64,000 nt of DNA. Origin: Candidatus Liptonbacteria bacterium (lineage in GTDB: Bacteria; Patescibacteriota; Minisyncoccia; UBA6257; 2-01-FULL-56-20). The translations under genes were made by a program, and so were the position numbers. The DNA lies in assembly GCA_016194445.1 (NCBI GenBank), contig JACQBP010000040.1:20402-84401 (forward strand), written 5' to 3'. Under the pieces are notes generated by a model that did no database searches, was not told the DNA's origin, and saw nothing but the letters and a program-made list of their open reading frames with translations. This document shows positions 48,416 through 58,626 of the stretch, in pieces. Every line of letters starts with the position of its first letter. Position 1 is the stretch's first letter.

Positions 48416-49381
48416 TTAGTTTTTCACTGCGGAGTCGTAATTCTTATCGAACCAATCTATAGTTTCCTTAATCCCGTCCTCGAGCGAGGTTCCTGGAAAC
48501 CAATGAAGTTTTTCTTTCATTTTACGGGTACTGAGTGTTTTCTTTAGCGCACCATCTGGCTTTGAGGTATTAAACACAATCTCACCGTCGTAGCCGATGA
48601 TTTTTTTAATAAGGCGCGCCAAATCAGCGATCGAAACACCTATGCCGCTTGCAATATTCAACGGTTCAATTTCGTTATAAAGCTCGCCAGCGCAAAGCGC
48701 GGCTTCGGCGCCATCTTCCACGTAAAGCCAATCACGAACCGGTTTGCCGGTTCCCCACACTTCAACGGATGGTAAATTATTTTTCTTGGCTTCGTAGAAT
48801 TTTTTGATAAGACCAGCGAGGGCTTTCGATTGATCGGGGTTAAAATGCTCCCCGGGCCCGTACATATTCGCATAGATTAAATGGATGGAGTTGAAATTAA
48901 ATTGCTTTTTTAAGGCTTTGCCGTAAACAACGCTCATTTTACGGGAAACGCCATAACTGAAGATAGAATCATGAACTTCACCACTCCAATAATCTTCTTC
49001 ATTTAATTCATCTTTTTCGACATAGCCAGGGTAAGAGCAACCCGCAACGATATTGATAAATTTTTGAACGCCGGATGCCTGCGCCGCTTCCATTAAAAAC
49101 AACCCCATCTTCATGTTATATAAGAAAAGTTCCGCTTCTTTCCCTTTATGAAAACCGATTCCTCCTTGAAACGCGGCACAGTTAATCACGACTTCTGGTT
49201 TAACTTTCTCCATGTACTCATAGCAGGTTTTTTCGATCGTGAAATCAATGCCTTGGTTGGTGCGAGGAATAAAAACTTCCGCGCCCGCATGCTTTAAACG
49301 TTCGACAATCCGCAAACCTAGAAATCCCCCTCCTCCAGGGACGGCAACTTTTTTCCCTTGGTAAAAACTAAGATGATCCAT
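48416..49381 (-). CDS. GDP-fucose-synthase-like protein (start revised to ATG 49381)
   Basis: GGGGFLG, AAFQGGI, GCSYP, NMYGP, WGTGKP.RD. Confidence 0.8.
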   Translation of the reverse strand: MDHLSFYQGKKVAVPGGGGFLGLRIVERLKHAGAEVFIPRTNQGIDFTIEKTCYEYMEKVKPEVVINCAAFQGGIGFHKGKEAELFLYNMKMGLFLMEAAQASGVQKFINIVAGCSYPGYVEKDELNEEDYWSGEVHDSIFSYGVSRKMSVVYGKALKKQFNFNSIHLIYANMYGPGEHFNPDQSKALAGLIKKFYEAKKNNLPSVEVWGTGKPVRDWLYVEDGAEAALCAGELYNEIEPLNIASGIGVSIADLARLIKKIIGYDGEIVFNTSKPDGALKKTLSTRKMKEKLHWFPGTSLEDGIKETIDWFDKNYDSAVKN

Positions 49382-49388
49382 TGATTTT

Positions 49389-50369
<981 letters not shown>

Positions 50370-50402
50370 TTATGTATAACAAGAATTGAGAATGGAGTGA
50401 AG

Positions 50403-50858
50403 TTATTCAAAACCGGCTAATTTTAGCATGTCTTGAGCATATTTTAACCACTTTTTGTCGATGCGGGAAAACCACTGCAACTTCGAACTTTGGAGATCGG
50501 GTTGAATAGTTTGGCCAGGTGGAACCAAAACAAGAAAAACTGAGTTGATACTATGAGTAGGGACCCCGAAAGAACTACTACTGGAAAAAAATTCCCGGGT
50601 AGTGATGAATTTTGAAATTTTAAATTTCTTAAGACCAGTCTCTTCTTCGACTTTTCGAATGACCGCTCGCCTCAAAGTTTCACCCCTTAGAACTCGACCG
50701 CCGGGAATACACCACTTGCCGATTCCAGGTTTGTTTTTTCTTTTGCAAAGGAGGAATTTTTCCCCGCTGACTAAAACTACGTCCACGCAAGGAATGGGCA
50801 TCACAGTCAAAATCTTACGATAGAACTGAGTGCTAATTTTAGCCTTTTTTACTTTCAC
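50403..50858 (-). CDS. GDP-mannose mannosyl hydrolase-like NUDIX
   Basis: PIPCVD, RKNKP..GKW.IPGGRV..GET, TH..N; lies between gmd and fcl. Confidence 0.8.
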   Translation of the reverse strand: MKVKKAKISTQFYRKILTVMPIPCVDVVLVSGEKFLLCKRKNKPGIGKWCIPGGRVLRGETLRRAVIRKVEEETGLKKFKISKFITTREFFSSSSSFGVPTHSINSVFLVLVPPGQTIQPDLQSSKLQWFSRIDKKWLKYAQDMLKLAGFE

Positions 50859-51874
50859 GATATCCTAATCTCATCGGCTTTTTCCTTTAAGTTATGGCCC
50901 TCAAGGTCGTGCTTCAACATTTTTTTAACTAAATCTTTAAAACCGACTTTGGCCCGCCAACCCAGTTTTTCTTTGGCTTTCCGCGTGTCGGCAAATAGAT
51001 TTTCGACTTCAGTGGGACGGTAGTATTTGGAATCGATCTCAACATAATCCTGCCAGTTCAAACCGGCTAATTTGAAAGCAGTTTCCACAAATTCTTTGAC
51101 GCTGTGGCTTTCGCCCGTGCCAATCACATAATCTTCTGGGTTGGGCTGTTGAAGCATTAGCCACATGGCTTCAACATATTCAGGAGCATAACCCCAATCG
51201 CGTTTAGCGTCGAGGTTGCCGAGGTAAAGTTTTTGATCTAAACCAGCTAAGATTCTCGAAATGCCGCGAGTAATTTTTTTAGTGACGAAAGTTTCGCCGC
51301 GCCGTTCGGATTCATGGTTGAAAAGAATGCCATTGACCGCAAAAATATTGTGAGCTTCTCGATAGTTTCGGGTGGTGTGATAGGCAAAAACTTTGGCGCA
51401 AGCGTAGGGGCTGCGTGGATAAAATGGAGTGTTTTCGCTCTGGGGAGGCGGGGTAGCGCCGAACATTTCGCTGGAACTGGCTTGGTAAAATTTCACTTTC
51501 TTGCCAGTGTGTTCTTCATAGTCCTTGATAGCTTCAAGAAGCCTTAAGGTGCCAAGTCCGGCAATGTTCACTGTATATTCCGCAATATCGAAAGAGACCC
51601 GGACGTGGGACTGGGCACCAAGGTTATAAATCTCATCGGGTTGAACTTTGTAAATCAACCGACGAATAGTGTTGGCGTCAGCCAGATCTCCATAGTGGAG
51701 AAAGAGATGGTGCTCTTTTTCATGGGGGTCTTGGTAAATGTGGTCAATGCGGCCAGTGTTAAAACTTGAAGCTCTGCGGATGATACCGTGAACCTCGTAA
51801 CCCTTAGAAAGAAGGAGTTCAGCCAAATAAGATCCGTCCTGGCCGGTAATGCCAGTAATAAGAGCTTTCTTCAT
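50855..51874 (-). CDS. gmd: GDP-mannose 4,6-dehydratase
   Basis: [36 protein letters not shown]. Confidence 0.97.
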   Translation of the reverse strand: MKKALITGITGQDGSYLAELLLSKGYEVHGIIRRASSFNTGRIDHIYQDPHEKEHHLFLHYGDLADANTIRRLIYKVQPDEIYNLGAQSHVRVSFDIAEYTVNIAGLGTLRLLEAIKDYEEHTGKKVKFYQASSSEMFGATPPPQSENTPFYPRSPYACAKVFAYHTTRNYREAHNIFAVNGILFNHESERRGETFVTKKITRGISRILAGLDQKLYLGNLDAKRDWGYAPEYVEAMWLMLQQPNPEDYVIGTGESHSVKEFVETAFKLAGLNWQDYVEIDSKYYRPTEVENLFADTRKAKEKLGWRAKVGFKDLVKKMLKHDLEGHNLKEKADEIRIS

Positions 51875-51891
51875 ACCAACTTTTTATCATG

Positions 51892-52521
51892 CTATTTCTT
51901 TTTAGTCAAGACTTTCGCCATAAAATCTTCCAGAGCTTTTTTGGTTCTTTCTTCATTGGGCCACTGGTTTAAAATTTGATCGGCGATACGTTTGACTTCG
52001 GAGACATTGCCCTCGACCCTATAAACATCAAAAAGTCCAAAAAGGACTTGGGGACGTTTAGGACCAAGTTCATAAGAAGAGAGATAGTATTTCTTAGCCG
52101 CAGCCAAGTAATTAACTTGTTGAGTTTTAAGAAAAGCTAGCTCATTTAAGGAACCAAGGAGATAAAGATTTTGGTTGAAGCTCATGCCGCGACCACTTTG
52201 AATAATAGGATCATAGTTTTGACTAAGATAATTCATAAGATCAGCAATGACCTCGGGTTTGACGTTGGGTTGACTCAAGATATTAGTAAATAAACTGCCG
52301 ACCTGCCGGACTAACTCCTCTTGGCCAAACGGAGAGTGAAAATCGAGTGGAGCAGAAATCCGACTTTTTAGCTCATCGAGAGTGGTCGCTTCGTTTAGTG
52401 TTCGCATGGTCTCTATAAAAAGCTGGGCTTTACGCAGTGGCCGGTAAGACCCGTAATGAGCAACAAAAATGATGAAGCTGCTTAAAGCAACCGCGATGAT
52501 TTTTTTAAGGTTTGGGTTCAT
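51892..52521 (-). CDS. Membrane-anchored helical/TPR-like protein (partner of the ligase)
   Basis: N-terminal TM; helical AKKYY...LGPKRPQ; overlaps the ligase stop by 17 nt. Confidence 0.65.
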   Translation of the reverse strand: MNPNLKKIIAVALSSFIIFVAHYGSYRPLRKAQLFIETMRTLNEATTLDELKSRISAPLDFHSPFGQEELVRQVGSLFTNILSQPNVKPEVIADLMNYLSQNYDPIIQSGRGMSFNQNLYLLGSLNELAFLKTQQVNYLAAAKKYYLSSYELGPKRPQVLFGLFDVYRVEGNVSEVKRIADQILNQWPNEERTKKALEDFMAKVLTKKK

Positions 52522-53929
52522 AGGACTTTAAAAATTGGTACGAACTAAAAGCCAAGAAAAGGAAGAGGTTGAGGTAAATAGGGAGAACATCAAAGAGGGC
52601 GAGACCTTGGACTAAATAGCCGATCGAGAGAGCAAGCATCATACCCTTGACAACAGACTGGTGAGGGAGCGAAGTTGATTCAGGTGAATGGTCGGCTAAC
52701 GCCGTTTTTCTTCGAGAAAAAATATGCCAGAAAAAAACGACAAAAATCCCTAAATAACTAAGGAGGCCAAAAATCCCAGTCTCAGTTAAGTAATCGAAGA
52801 AAACGCTATGAGCTCGATCGAACCAGGTTTCAGAATTCGTACCCGGGACGTAATGCCGAGGATCGAAATGGCGATCAAAGACGGTGCTGAAATTTTCGGG
52901 GCCCCAGCCCAAGAGAGGGCGTTCTTTAAAACCCTGCCAAGCAGAGTTCCAGGTCCAAAAACGAGTTTTAAAAGTTTGATCACCGGGACTAATATTTAAA
53001 AGTCGGTTGTTGGCAAGTTGGGCATAGAACGAGGAGCAAGTGGTTTTGGCGCAGAGGGGAGAGACATAGAAAGAAACCCAAACCAATAAACCAGCTAACA
53101 AAGCGGAGAGAGTTAATCCAGTAGCAAACCATTTTTTTGCTTTTCCGCGGCTGGTAAAAAAGAGATGGACAAAAAAATACAAAAGAGCGACTAAGAGGCC
53201 TAAAAAGGCGCCGCGGGTGCGACTAAAGTAAAAAAAGAGGAGGAAGAAAATAATGAGAAAACTGTGAGTAGCCCAAATAAACCATTTTTTCTTAGCGGGT
53301 GAAGTAAACCAAAGATAGGCGGCATAGAAAATAGCAAACAGAAGATAGGGAGCGACATAGGCCGGGTTACCGAGAGAACCTTGGAATCTAGCGTTGGTGT
53401 CGGTTAATTTTGCCCAGACACCGGGTAACGAAGACTCGCTGTAGGGAGTGATAAAACTGTGGAACAAACTTGAATTAAACGGGATGCCATAAAGAATCAT
53501 TAAAGAGGCGGCGATCACCGAAAGCATAAAGATTTTTTTCCATTCTTTTTGATCCTGAAACACCAAAAGAAGCAGAACGAAAAAAAGATAATAATGAAGC
53601 ATTTGGAAGCCGCCTTCCCCTCTTTCGTAGTTAGACCAAAAAGCGGAAGCGGGACTGTAGGCAAAAAGCGAAGCCAACAAGTAAAACAAGACAAATGCAG
53701 AAACAGCGACGAAAAGCGGCTGCCGATAAATTTTTTTAAATCGCTCTTGAAGAGATCCGGAGGGTGACCCGAAGGCCCACCAGAGCAATAAAAAGACGAG
53801 GGCAAGTTCAGTGCAAATCCTAAAAAAATAATATTTGCCCCCGATAAAAGGGAAGAAAGTGGAGGGTAGGACAACCACCACGCTAAAAACTGAGGCGTAA
53901 AGAAAAAATTTAGAGATTTTGAGTAACAT
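52505..53929 (-). CDS. O-antigen ligase / O-oligosaccharyltransferase-like (Wzy_C)
   Basis: SLGNP, SRTRGAFLG, R..W..A....ERPLLGWG.ENF, FDRAHS, ETGIFG. Confidence 0.88.
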   Translation of the reverse strand: MLLKISKFFLYASVFSVVVVLPSTFFPFIGGKYYFFRICTELALVFLLLWWAFGSPSGSLQERFKKIYRQPLFVAVSAFVLFYLLASLFAYSPASAFWSNYERGEGGFQMLHYYLFFVLLLLVFQDQKEWKKIFMLSVIAASLMILYGIPFNSSLFHSFITPYSESSLPGVWAKLTDTNARFQGSLGNPAYVAPYLLFAIFYAAYLWFTSPAKKKWFIWATHSFLIIFFLLFFYFSRTRGAFLGLLVALLYFFVHLFFTSRGKAKKWFATGLTLSALLAGLLVWVSFYVSPLCAKTTCSSFYAQLANNRLLNISPGDQTFKTRFWTWNSAWQGFKERPLLGWGPENFSTVFDRHFDPRHYVPGTNSETWFDRAHSVFFDYLTETGIFGLLSYLGIFVVFFWHIFSRRKTALADHSPESTSLPHQSVVKGMMLALSIGYLVQGLALFDVLPIYLNLFLFLAFSSYQFLKSYEPKP

Positions 53930-53937
53930 AAAATCTT

Positions 53938-54021
53938 GCTACGGAATACGGATGTAGTACGAATATACGGATAATGCTCTCTTCCTTTTGTATATTCGTA
54001 AGCGATTAGTAATTTGGTAGC
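53938..54021. repeat. Imperfect intergenic palindrome built from short tacg(g/a)ata units
   Basis: gctac...tacgaatatacg / tgtatattcgta...gtagc. Confidence 0.6.
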
Positions 54022-54156
54022 TACTTAGCATACCCGGTAGTGAAACTGCGACCATTGAAAAATCCGATGGGTTTAAATTTTGTCTTTGTCTAGAGGATGG
54101 CATGGAATAATTTCTAACTATTTCACTTGTTGAGACAAGTTTAAGTCGCAGTTCTA

Positions 54157-55680
54157 CTACCGGGCGTATTCGACGGCTCGCATTTCTCTGATAACATTCA
54201 CTTTAATCTCGCCTGGATATTTTAACTCAGATTGGATACGGTTGGCAATCTCCCGAGCCATTTCAAGAGCCCGGAAGTCGTCGATTTTTTCGGGCGTGAC
54301 GAAAACCCGAAGTTCGCGGCCAGCTGAGATAGCGTAGGCGGTTTTGACGCCGGGAAAGTCGGTAGCAATCTTTTCGAGTTCGGAGAGGCGTTTGATGTAA
54401 TTTTCCAGGCTGTCGCGTCTGGCGCCAGGACGAGCGCCTGAGAGGACATCCGCGGTAGTGACGAGATACGCCTCGGGGATAGCGTAGGGGTAGTCCTCGT
54501 GGTGAGACTGCATGGCTTGAATGACTAAGTCGGGGAGGTTGTATTTTTTTAAAATTTTGCGACCAAGTTCGACGTGAGTGCCTTCGACCTCATGGTCGAT
54601 AGCTTTGCCGATGTCATGAAGGAGGGCGCCTTTTTTAGCGATCTCGACGTTCAGACCGAGTTCCCCGGCTAGCATACCCGCGATATGCGCCATTTCGATT
54701 GAGTGCAGAAGCACGTTTTGCCCATAACTGGTCCGGAAATGGAGACGACCAAGGAGTTGAATAATTTCTTTGGGTAAATCGTAGATGCCGACTTCCATGG
54801 TGGCGGCTTCCCCGATTTCCATAATTCTTTTTTGGATTTCTTGTTTAGCTTCTTCGACTTTCTCCTCGATTTTAGCCGGCTGGATGCGGCCGTCTTTAAT
54901 GAGTTTTTCAAGAGCCAGCCTGGCAATTTCGCGACGCAGAGGATCGAAGGAAGAGATCACGACGCTGTCGGGAGTTTCATCAATCACAAACTCGACGCCG
55001 GTGGCTCTTTCTAAAGCTCGAATATTGCGGCCTTCGCGGCCGATAATTTTACCTTTGAGCTCTTCGTCGGTGAGATGGAAGGCGGTGGTAGTGAGTTCGG
55101 CCACTTGAGAGCGAGCGTAGCGTTCCAGACTAGTGGTGATGATCTCGGCGGATTTTTTTTCGATTTCTTCTTTTCTTTCTTTTTCTAGTTTTTGGATAGA
55201 GATAGCTAGATCTTTACTATAGGTTTCTTTAATTTCGGACTGGAGTGAACTCAAGGCTTGATCTCTCGTTAAACCGCTGATTTTTTCGAGTTGAACTTCG
55301 AGTTGTTCTTTGAGGCTAGAGAGTTCGAGTTCTTTCTTTTTAAACTCTTCTTTTTTACCTTTGAGGGCGGCTTCGTCGTCGCCAAGGGCAACGATTTTTT
55401 TGTCGAGCATCTCCTCCCGCTTGAGGAATCTTTCTTCTAGACTATCGAGTTTAGTTTTTTGTTCGCGCCCTTCGCGTCTGACTTCGGCCAAAAGATCGGC
55501 TGCTTTACCTTCGGCTTCGAGAATAATTTTTTTCGAGCGCTCTTCGGCGGTTTCGAGTTTAGTTTTGGCCTTTTCTTCAACCGAACCGGCCTTACGAACC
55601 GAGAGAAACTGGCGAAGCGAGTAACCGGCGCCCAAACCTAAAAGAACACCGACTGCGGTTATTAAATACGGACTCGTCAT
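54157..55680 (-). CDS. rny: Ribonuclease Y
   Basis: N-terminal TM, coiled coil, KH (KGKIIGREGRNIR), HD (LLHDIGK), ARPGAR. Confidence 0.97.
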   Translation of the reverse strand: MTSPYLITAVGVLLGLGAGYSLRQFLSVRKAGSVEEKAKTKLETAEERSKKIILEAEGKAADLLAEVRREGREQKTKLDSLEERFLKREEMLDKKIVALGDDEAALKGKKEEFKKKELELSSLKEQLEVQLEKISGLTRDQALSSLQSEIKETYSKDLAISIQKLEKERKEEIEKKSAEIITTSLERYARSQVAELTTTAFHLTDEELKGKIIGREGRNIRALERATGVEFVIDETPDSVVISSFDPLRREIARLALEKLIKDGRIQPAKIEEKVEEAKQEIQKRIMEIGEAATMEVGIYDLPKEIIQLLGRLHFRTSYGQNVLLHSIEMAHIAGMLAGELGLNVEIAKKGALLHDIGKAIDHEVEGTHVELGRKILKKYNLPDLVIQAMQSHHEDYPYAIPEAYLVTTADVLSGARPGARRDSLENYIKRLSELEKIATDFPGVKTAYAISAGRELRVFVTPEKIDDFRALEMAREIANRIQSELKYPGEIKVNVIREMRAVEYAR

Positions 55681-55761
55681 GGGAATTTTTTCCTAAATTC
55701 TTCATTTAATTTATTTTGGGTATTTGAATTTTTTAGGAAATAAAAATTTTGACTTTTAACA

Positions 55762-55873
55762 GTCGCCTTGAGACACCTTTATCCGCCAATCAACTTTTGG
55801 CTGTTGGGCTTAAACAATAAATTCGCTAAACGAATAGGAGAAACGGTTTCGGAAGTAAGGGTTCAAAGACGAC
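55762..55873 (-). ncRNA. Long-hairpin RNA upstream of rny (6S-like or cis leader)
   Basis: gtcgtctttgaacccttacttccg pairs with cggataaaggtgtctcaaggcgac; promoter TTGACT-17-TAAACT at 55887-55915. Confidence 0.45.
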
Positions 55874-55928
55874 ATGATTTGTTTAAAGTTTAAAGCGAAA
55901 ATGGGGTCTAGTCAAGGGTTGCTTCGCA

Positions 55929-56232
55929 CCTTGTTCCCAGAACCGGTTGTTCTCGCTTTCCAACGAAGCGAGCCAACCTGCGCTCTCGGCGTCAAAAGTC
56001 GCTAAGAGCGACACCAAGCTTTTGGCGCCTCTGAGAGTCCCGTAACTGTCCGCGAGTGTAGCGAGCGGTTATCAGTTGGCGCGATCCCGTGTATCTCCGA
56101 AGCCAGGCAATATAACAAGAGCTTTCATCGCGAACAAACGGGACCAACGCCACTCTACCCTCAAGCTTCGCTTTTCGGAGATTGGCGGGACTTCTCGGGA
56201 TAGACATTTCGCTCTGGAAGGATAGGGTAAGA
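55929..56232 (+). ncRNA. Candidate large structured RNA (unassigned; strand uncertain)
   Basis: At least 6 nested helices and 2 crossing pairings found by eye; most G-U pairs favour the + strand. Confidence 0.55.
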
Positions 56233-56319
56233 AAACTCAACACCTTTTATGGAAACCGCAGACGAGGATAATTTAAATTGGGTTCGGGAAAAAGGAGGAA
56301 ATGATTTAAAATAGAAGGC

Positions 56320-56441
56320 ATGAATCCCGTTAGAAGCCGCGATCACTTTTAAACACATGAATACGCAACTTAATACATATTCACTAAAACAAACTAATTT
56401 GCAGATTCACTTAGATTGTGATCTGCTTCTAACGGGATGAA
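56320..56441. mobile_element. MITE-like element with terminal IRs and ATGAA direct repeats at the gpmI start
   Basis: ATGAA-tCCCGTTAGAAGC.GATCAC ... GTGATC.GCTTCTAACGGG-ATGAA. Confidence 0.75.
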
Positions 56442-57966
56442 AAGGACGGTACTTTTGGTGATTTTAGACGGATGGGGATTGGGACAGAAAAACCAATCAA
56501 ATCCAGTCCACGTAGCGGATCCTCAAAGTTTTAAGTGGCTTGAGGAAAATTTCCCAGTTACGAGTTTGCAGGCATCGGGCATTAGCGTGGGGCTCCCTTG
56601 GGGCGAAGTAGGCAACAGCGAGGTCGGCCACTTGACGATTGGGGCGGGTAAGGTGATCTACCAGTATTTCCCAAGAATCACGCTCACGATTAGAGATAGA
56701 ACTTTTTTCCAAAACGAGGCTTTGGAGGGCGCGTTCAATCACGCGCGGAAGAATAATTCAGCCGTAAATTTAGTGGGGCTTTTGACGGAAGGGACAGTCC
56801 ACGCGTCTCTAGATCATTTATTGGCGCTCATCGAGATGGGAGAAAAAGAAAAAGTGCCGGTCAAGTTGCACCTTTTCTCCGACGGCAAAGACGGCACACC
56901 GTATCGCCTGCAAGAAATTTTAAAGAAAATTCCTAAAGAAAAAATAGCGACACTAATGGGCCGTTATTACGGAATGGACCGAGAGAAAAACTGGAGTTTA
57001 ACCGAGAGGGCGTATGAAGCCATGACGAGTAGGGATTGGCCGGTGACGGGAGACATCGATGGGGTCATTCAAGAAACTTACCAAAAGAATCTAAACGAGG
57101 AGTTTGTGCCGCCGATGGCGCTTCAAGAAAACGCTTACATCAGGGACGGCGAAGCTTTGATTTTTTTCAACTTCCGGGAAGACAGCATTCGACAGATAGC
57201 GGAGTCTTTTATATCAAAAGATTTTGATAAATTTAAGAGGGTGAATTTCCAAAATCTTTACGTGACGACTATGACGCAATACGAAGACAGCTTCAAAGTG
57301 CCGGTGGCTTTCCCTCAAGAGAAAGTTGAGGCGCCTTTAGGTAAAGTTTTGAGTGAAGCGGGGAAAACCCAGTTACGACTCGCGGAAAGCTATAAATACG
57401 CTCACGTGACTTACTTCTTTAACGCTTACGTTGAGCAACCTTTTAAAGATGAGTATCGGGTATTTCTGCCGTCAATCAAGACACCGCACCCTGATGATCA
57501 TCCGGCAATGATGGCCGAGGCCATCACCGACCGCCTGATTCAGGCCCTCGAGACTCAGACTTTTGATTTTATTTTAGTGAATTACGCCAACCCGGACACC
57601 ATCGCTCACACGGGAAACTTCCAGGCGGCGCTAGAGGCGGTAAAAACGATTGATGATCAAATCGGGAAATTGATTAAAGTGAGCTTGGGGACGGGGGCGG
57701 TGCTTATGATCACCTCGGATCACGGCAACATCGAAGAAATGGTGAACCCCCTAACGGGGGTGGCGGAGACCCAGCACGACCCGAATCCGGTGCCGTTTTA
57801 TTTGGTGGCCACGGATTTTAGAAATAAAAGATTTATGAACTGGCAAAATTACAACGCAGAAACCATCGGCGTTTTATGCGATGTGGCGCCCACGATCTTA
57901 GAAATTATGGGTATCCCCCAACCCAAAGAAATGACGGGCCGGAGCTTGTTCCGAGATTTACTTTGA
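56437..57966 (+). CDS. gpmI: 2,3-bisphosphoglycerate-independent phosphoglycerate mutase
   Basis: ILDGWG, GNSEVGH, GRYYGMDR, FNFRED, NPD..AHTG, TSDHGN. Confidence 0.97.
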   Translation: MKRTVLLVILDGWGLGQKNQSNPVHVADPQSFKWLEENFPVTSLQASGISVGLPWGEVGNSEVGHLTIGAGKVIYQYFPRITLTIRDRTFFQNEALEGAFNHARKNNSAVNLVGLLTEGTVHASLDHLLALIEMGEKEKVPVKLHLFSDGKDGTPYRLQEILKKIPKEKIATLMGRYYGMDREKNWSLTERAYEAMTSRDWPVTGDIDGVIQETYQKNLNEEFVPPMALQENAYIRDGEALIFFNFREDSIRQIAESFISKDFDKFKRVNFQNLYVTTMTQYEDSFKVPVAFPQEKVEAPLGKVLSEAGKTQLRLAESYKYAHVTYFFNAYVEQPFKDEYRVFLPSIKTPHPDDHPAMMAEAITDRLIQALETQTFDFILVNYANPDTIAHTGNFQAALEAVKTIDDQIGKLIKVSLGTGAVLMITSDHGNIEEMVNPLTGVAETQHDPNPVPFYLVATDFRNKRFMNWQNYNAETIGVLCDVAPTILEIMGIPQPKEMTGRSLFRDLL

Positions 57967-57992
57967 TAGACGGCGGTGATTTAATAAAAGAG

Positions 57993-58346
57993 ATGAAGGG
58001 GTTAGTAAAAACAGCAGCTATTATAGTGATAAACGCTTTGGTTTTTTGGGCGATGGGGCGTTATCTACCGGGCTTTACTTTAAGCGGAGATTTTAGGCAA
58101 GTGTTAGTGATCGCTTCGATTTTTACGGCGCTCAACTTTATTTTAAAACCGGTTATTAAACTGCTTTTCGGCCCGATTATTGTTTTAACTTTGGGTTTGG
58201 GGTTGGTGGTGGTCAATATGCTCGTGCTCTATATTCTTGACAGATTAGTAAATAGCCTTACTATTCAAGGAGTCTTGACGCTGCTTTACGCGTCGCTCAT
58301 TGTGGGGGTAGTTAATTTCGGACTGCATTCAATTTTTAAAAAATAG
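57993..58346 (+). CDS. Phage-holin-family (YvlD-like) membrane protein (start revised to ATG 57993)
   Basis: LNFILKPVIKLL..P..LTLGL..VVN. Confidence 0.85.
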   Translation: MKGLVKTAAIIVINALVFWAMGRYLPGFTLSGDFRQVLVIASIFTALNFILKPVIKLLFGPIIVLTLGLGLVVVNMLVLYILDRLVNSLTIQGVLTLLYASLIVGVVNFGLHSIFKK

Positions 58347-58559
58347 ATGATCCCAATCATTCAAATAGCGATAGCGGTGGCCATTATTGTGCTTATACTA
58401 CTACAAGAAAGATCGGCGGGGCTTTCGGGTATTTTGGGCGGCGGGGATAGCGGCGGAGTGTATCAGACACGGCGGGGACTTGAAAAGGTAATTTTTAGAG
58501 GGACGATTGTGCTCGGGATAGTTTTTATCGCTCTCGCGATTTTTCAATTTCTAAAATAA
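58347..58559 (+). CDS. secG: Preprotein translocase subunit SecG
   Basis: ILLQER.AGLS..LGG...TRRGLEK, two TM helices. Confidence 0.92.
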   Translation: MIPIIQIAIAVAIIVLILLQERSAGLSGILGGGDSGGVYQTRRGLEKVIFRGTIVLGIVFIALAIFQFLK

Positions 58560-58626
58560 GCGAGAGATTAAGATGCTTCCAGCCTCCAAAAATTTAAATT
58601 GGGGGGTGGCGAAGACAACAAAAAAA

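Noticed and set aside
55929-56232. RNase P RNA, tmRNA, cobalamin riboswitch or intron identity for the structured region
   Set aside because: Only partial look-alikes (gagaagtccc, cagaaccgg, gggaacaaggtgcgaa) in the wrong order. No tRNA-like ends, ALAA-type tag or domain V seen by eye.
55992-56358. ORFs 55992-56243 and 56161-56358
   Set aside because: No recognisable motifs; they overlap the structured RNA candidate and the MITE.
57993-58346. Prophage implied by the holin-family gene
   Set aside because: It lies between gpmI and secG with no phage genes nearby.
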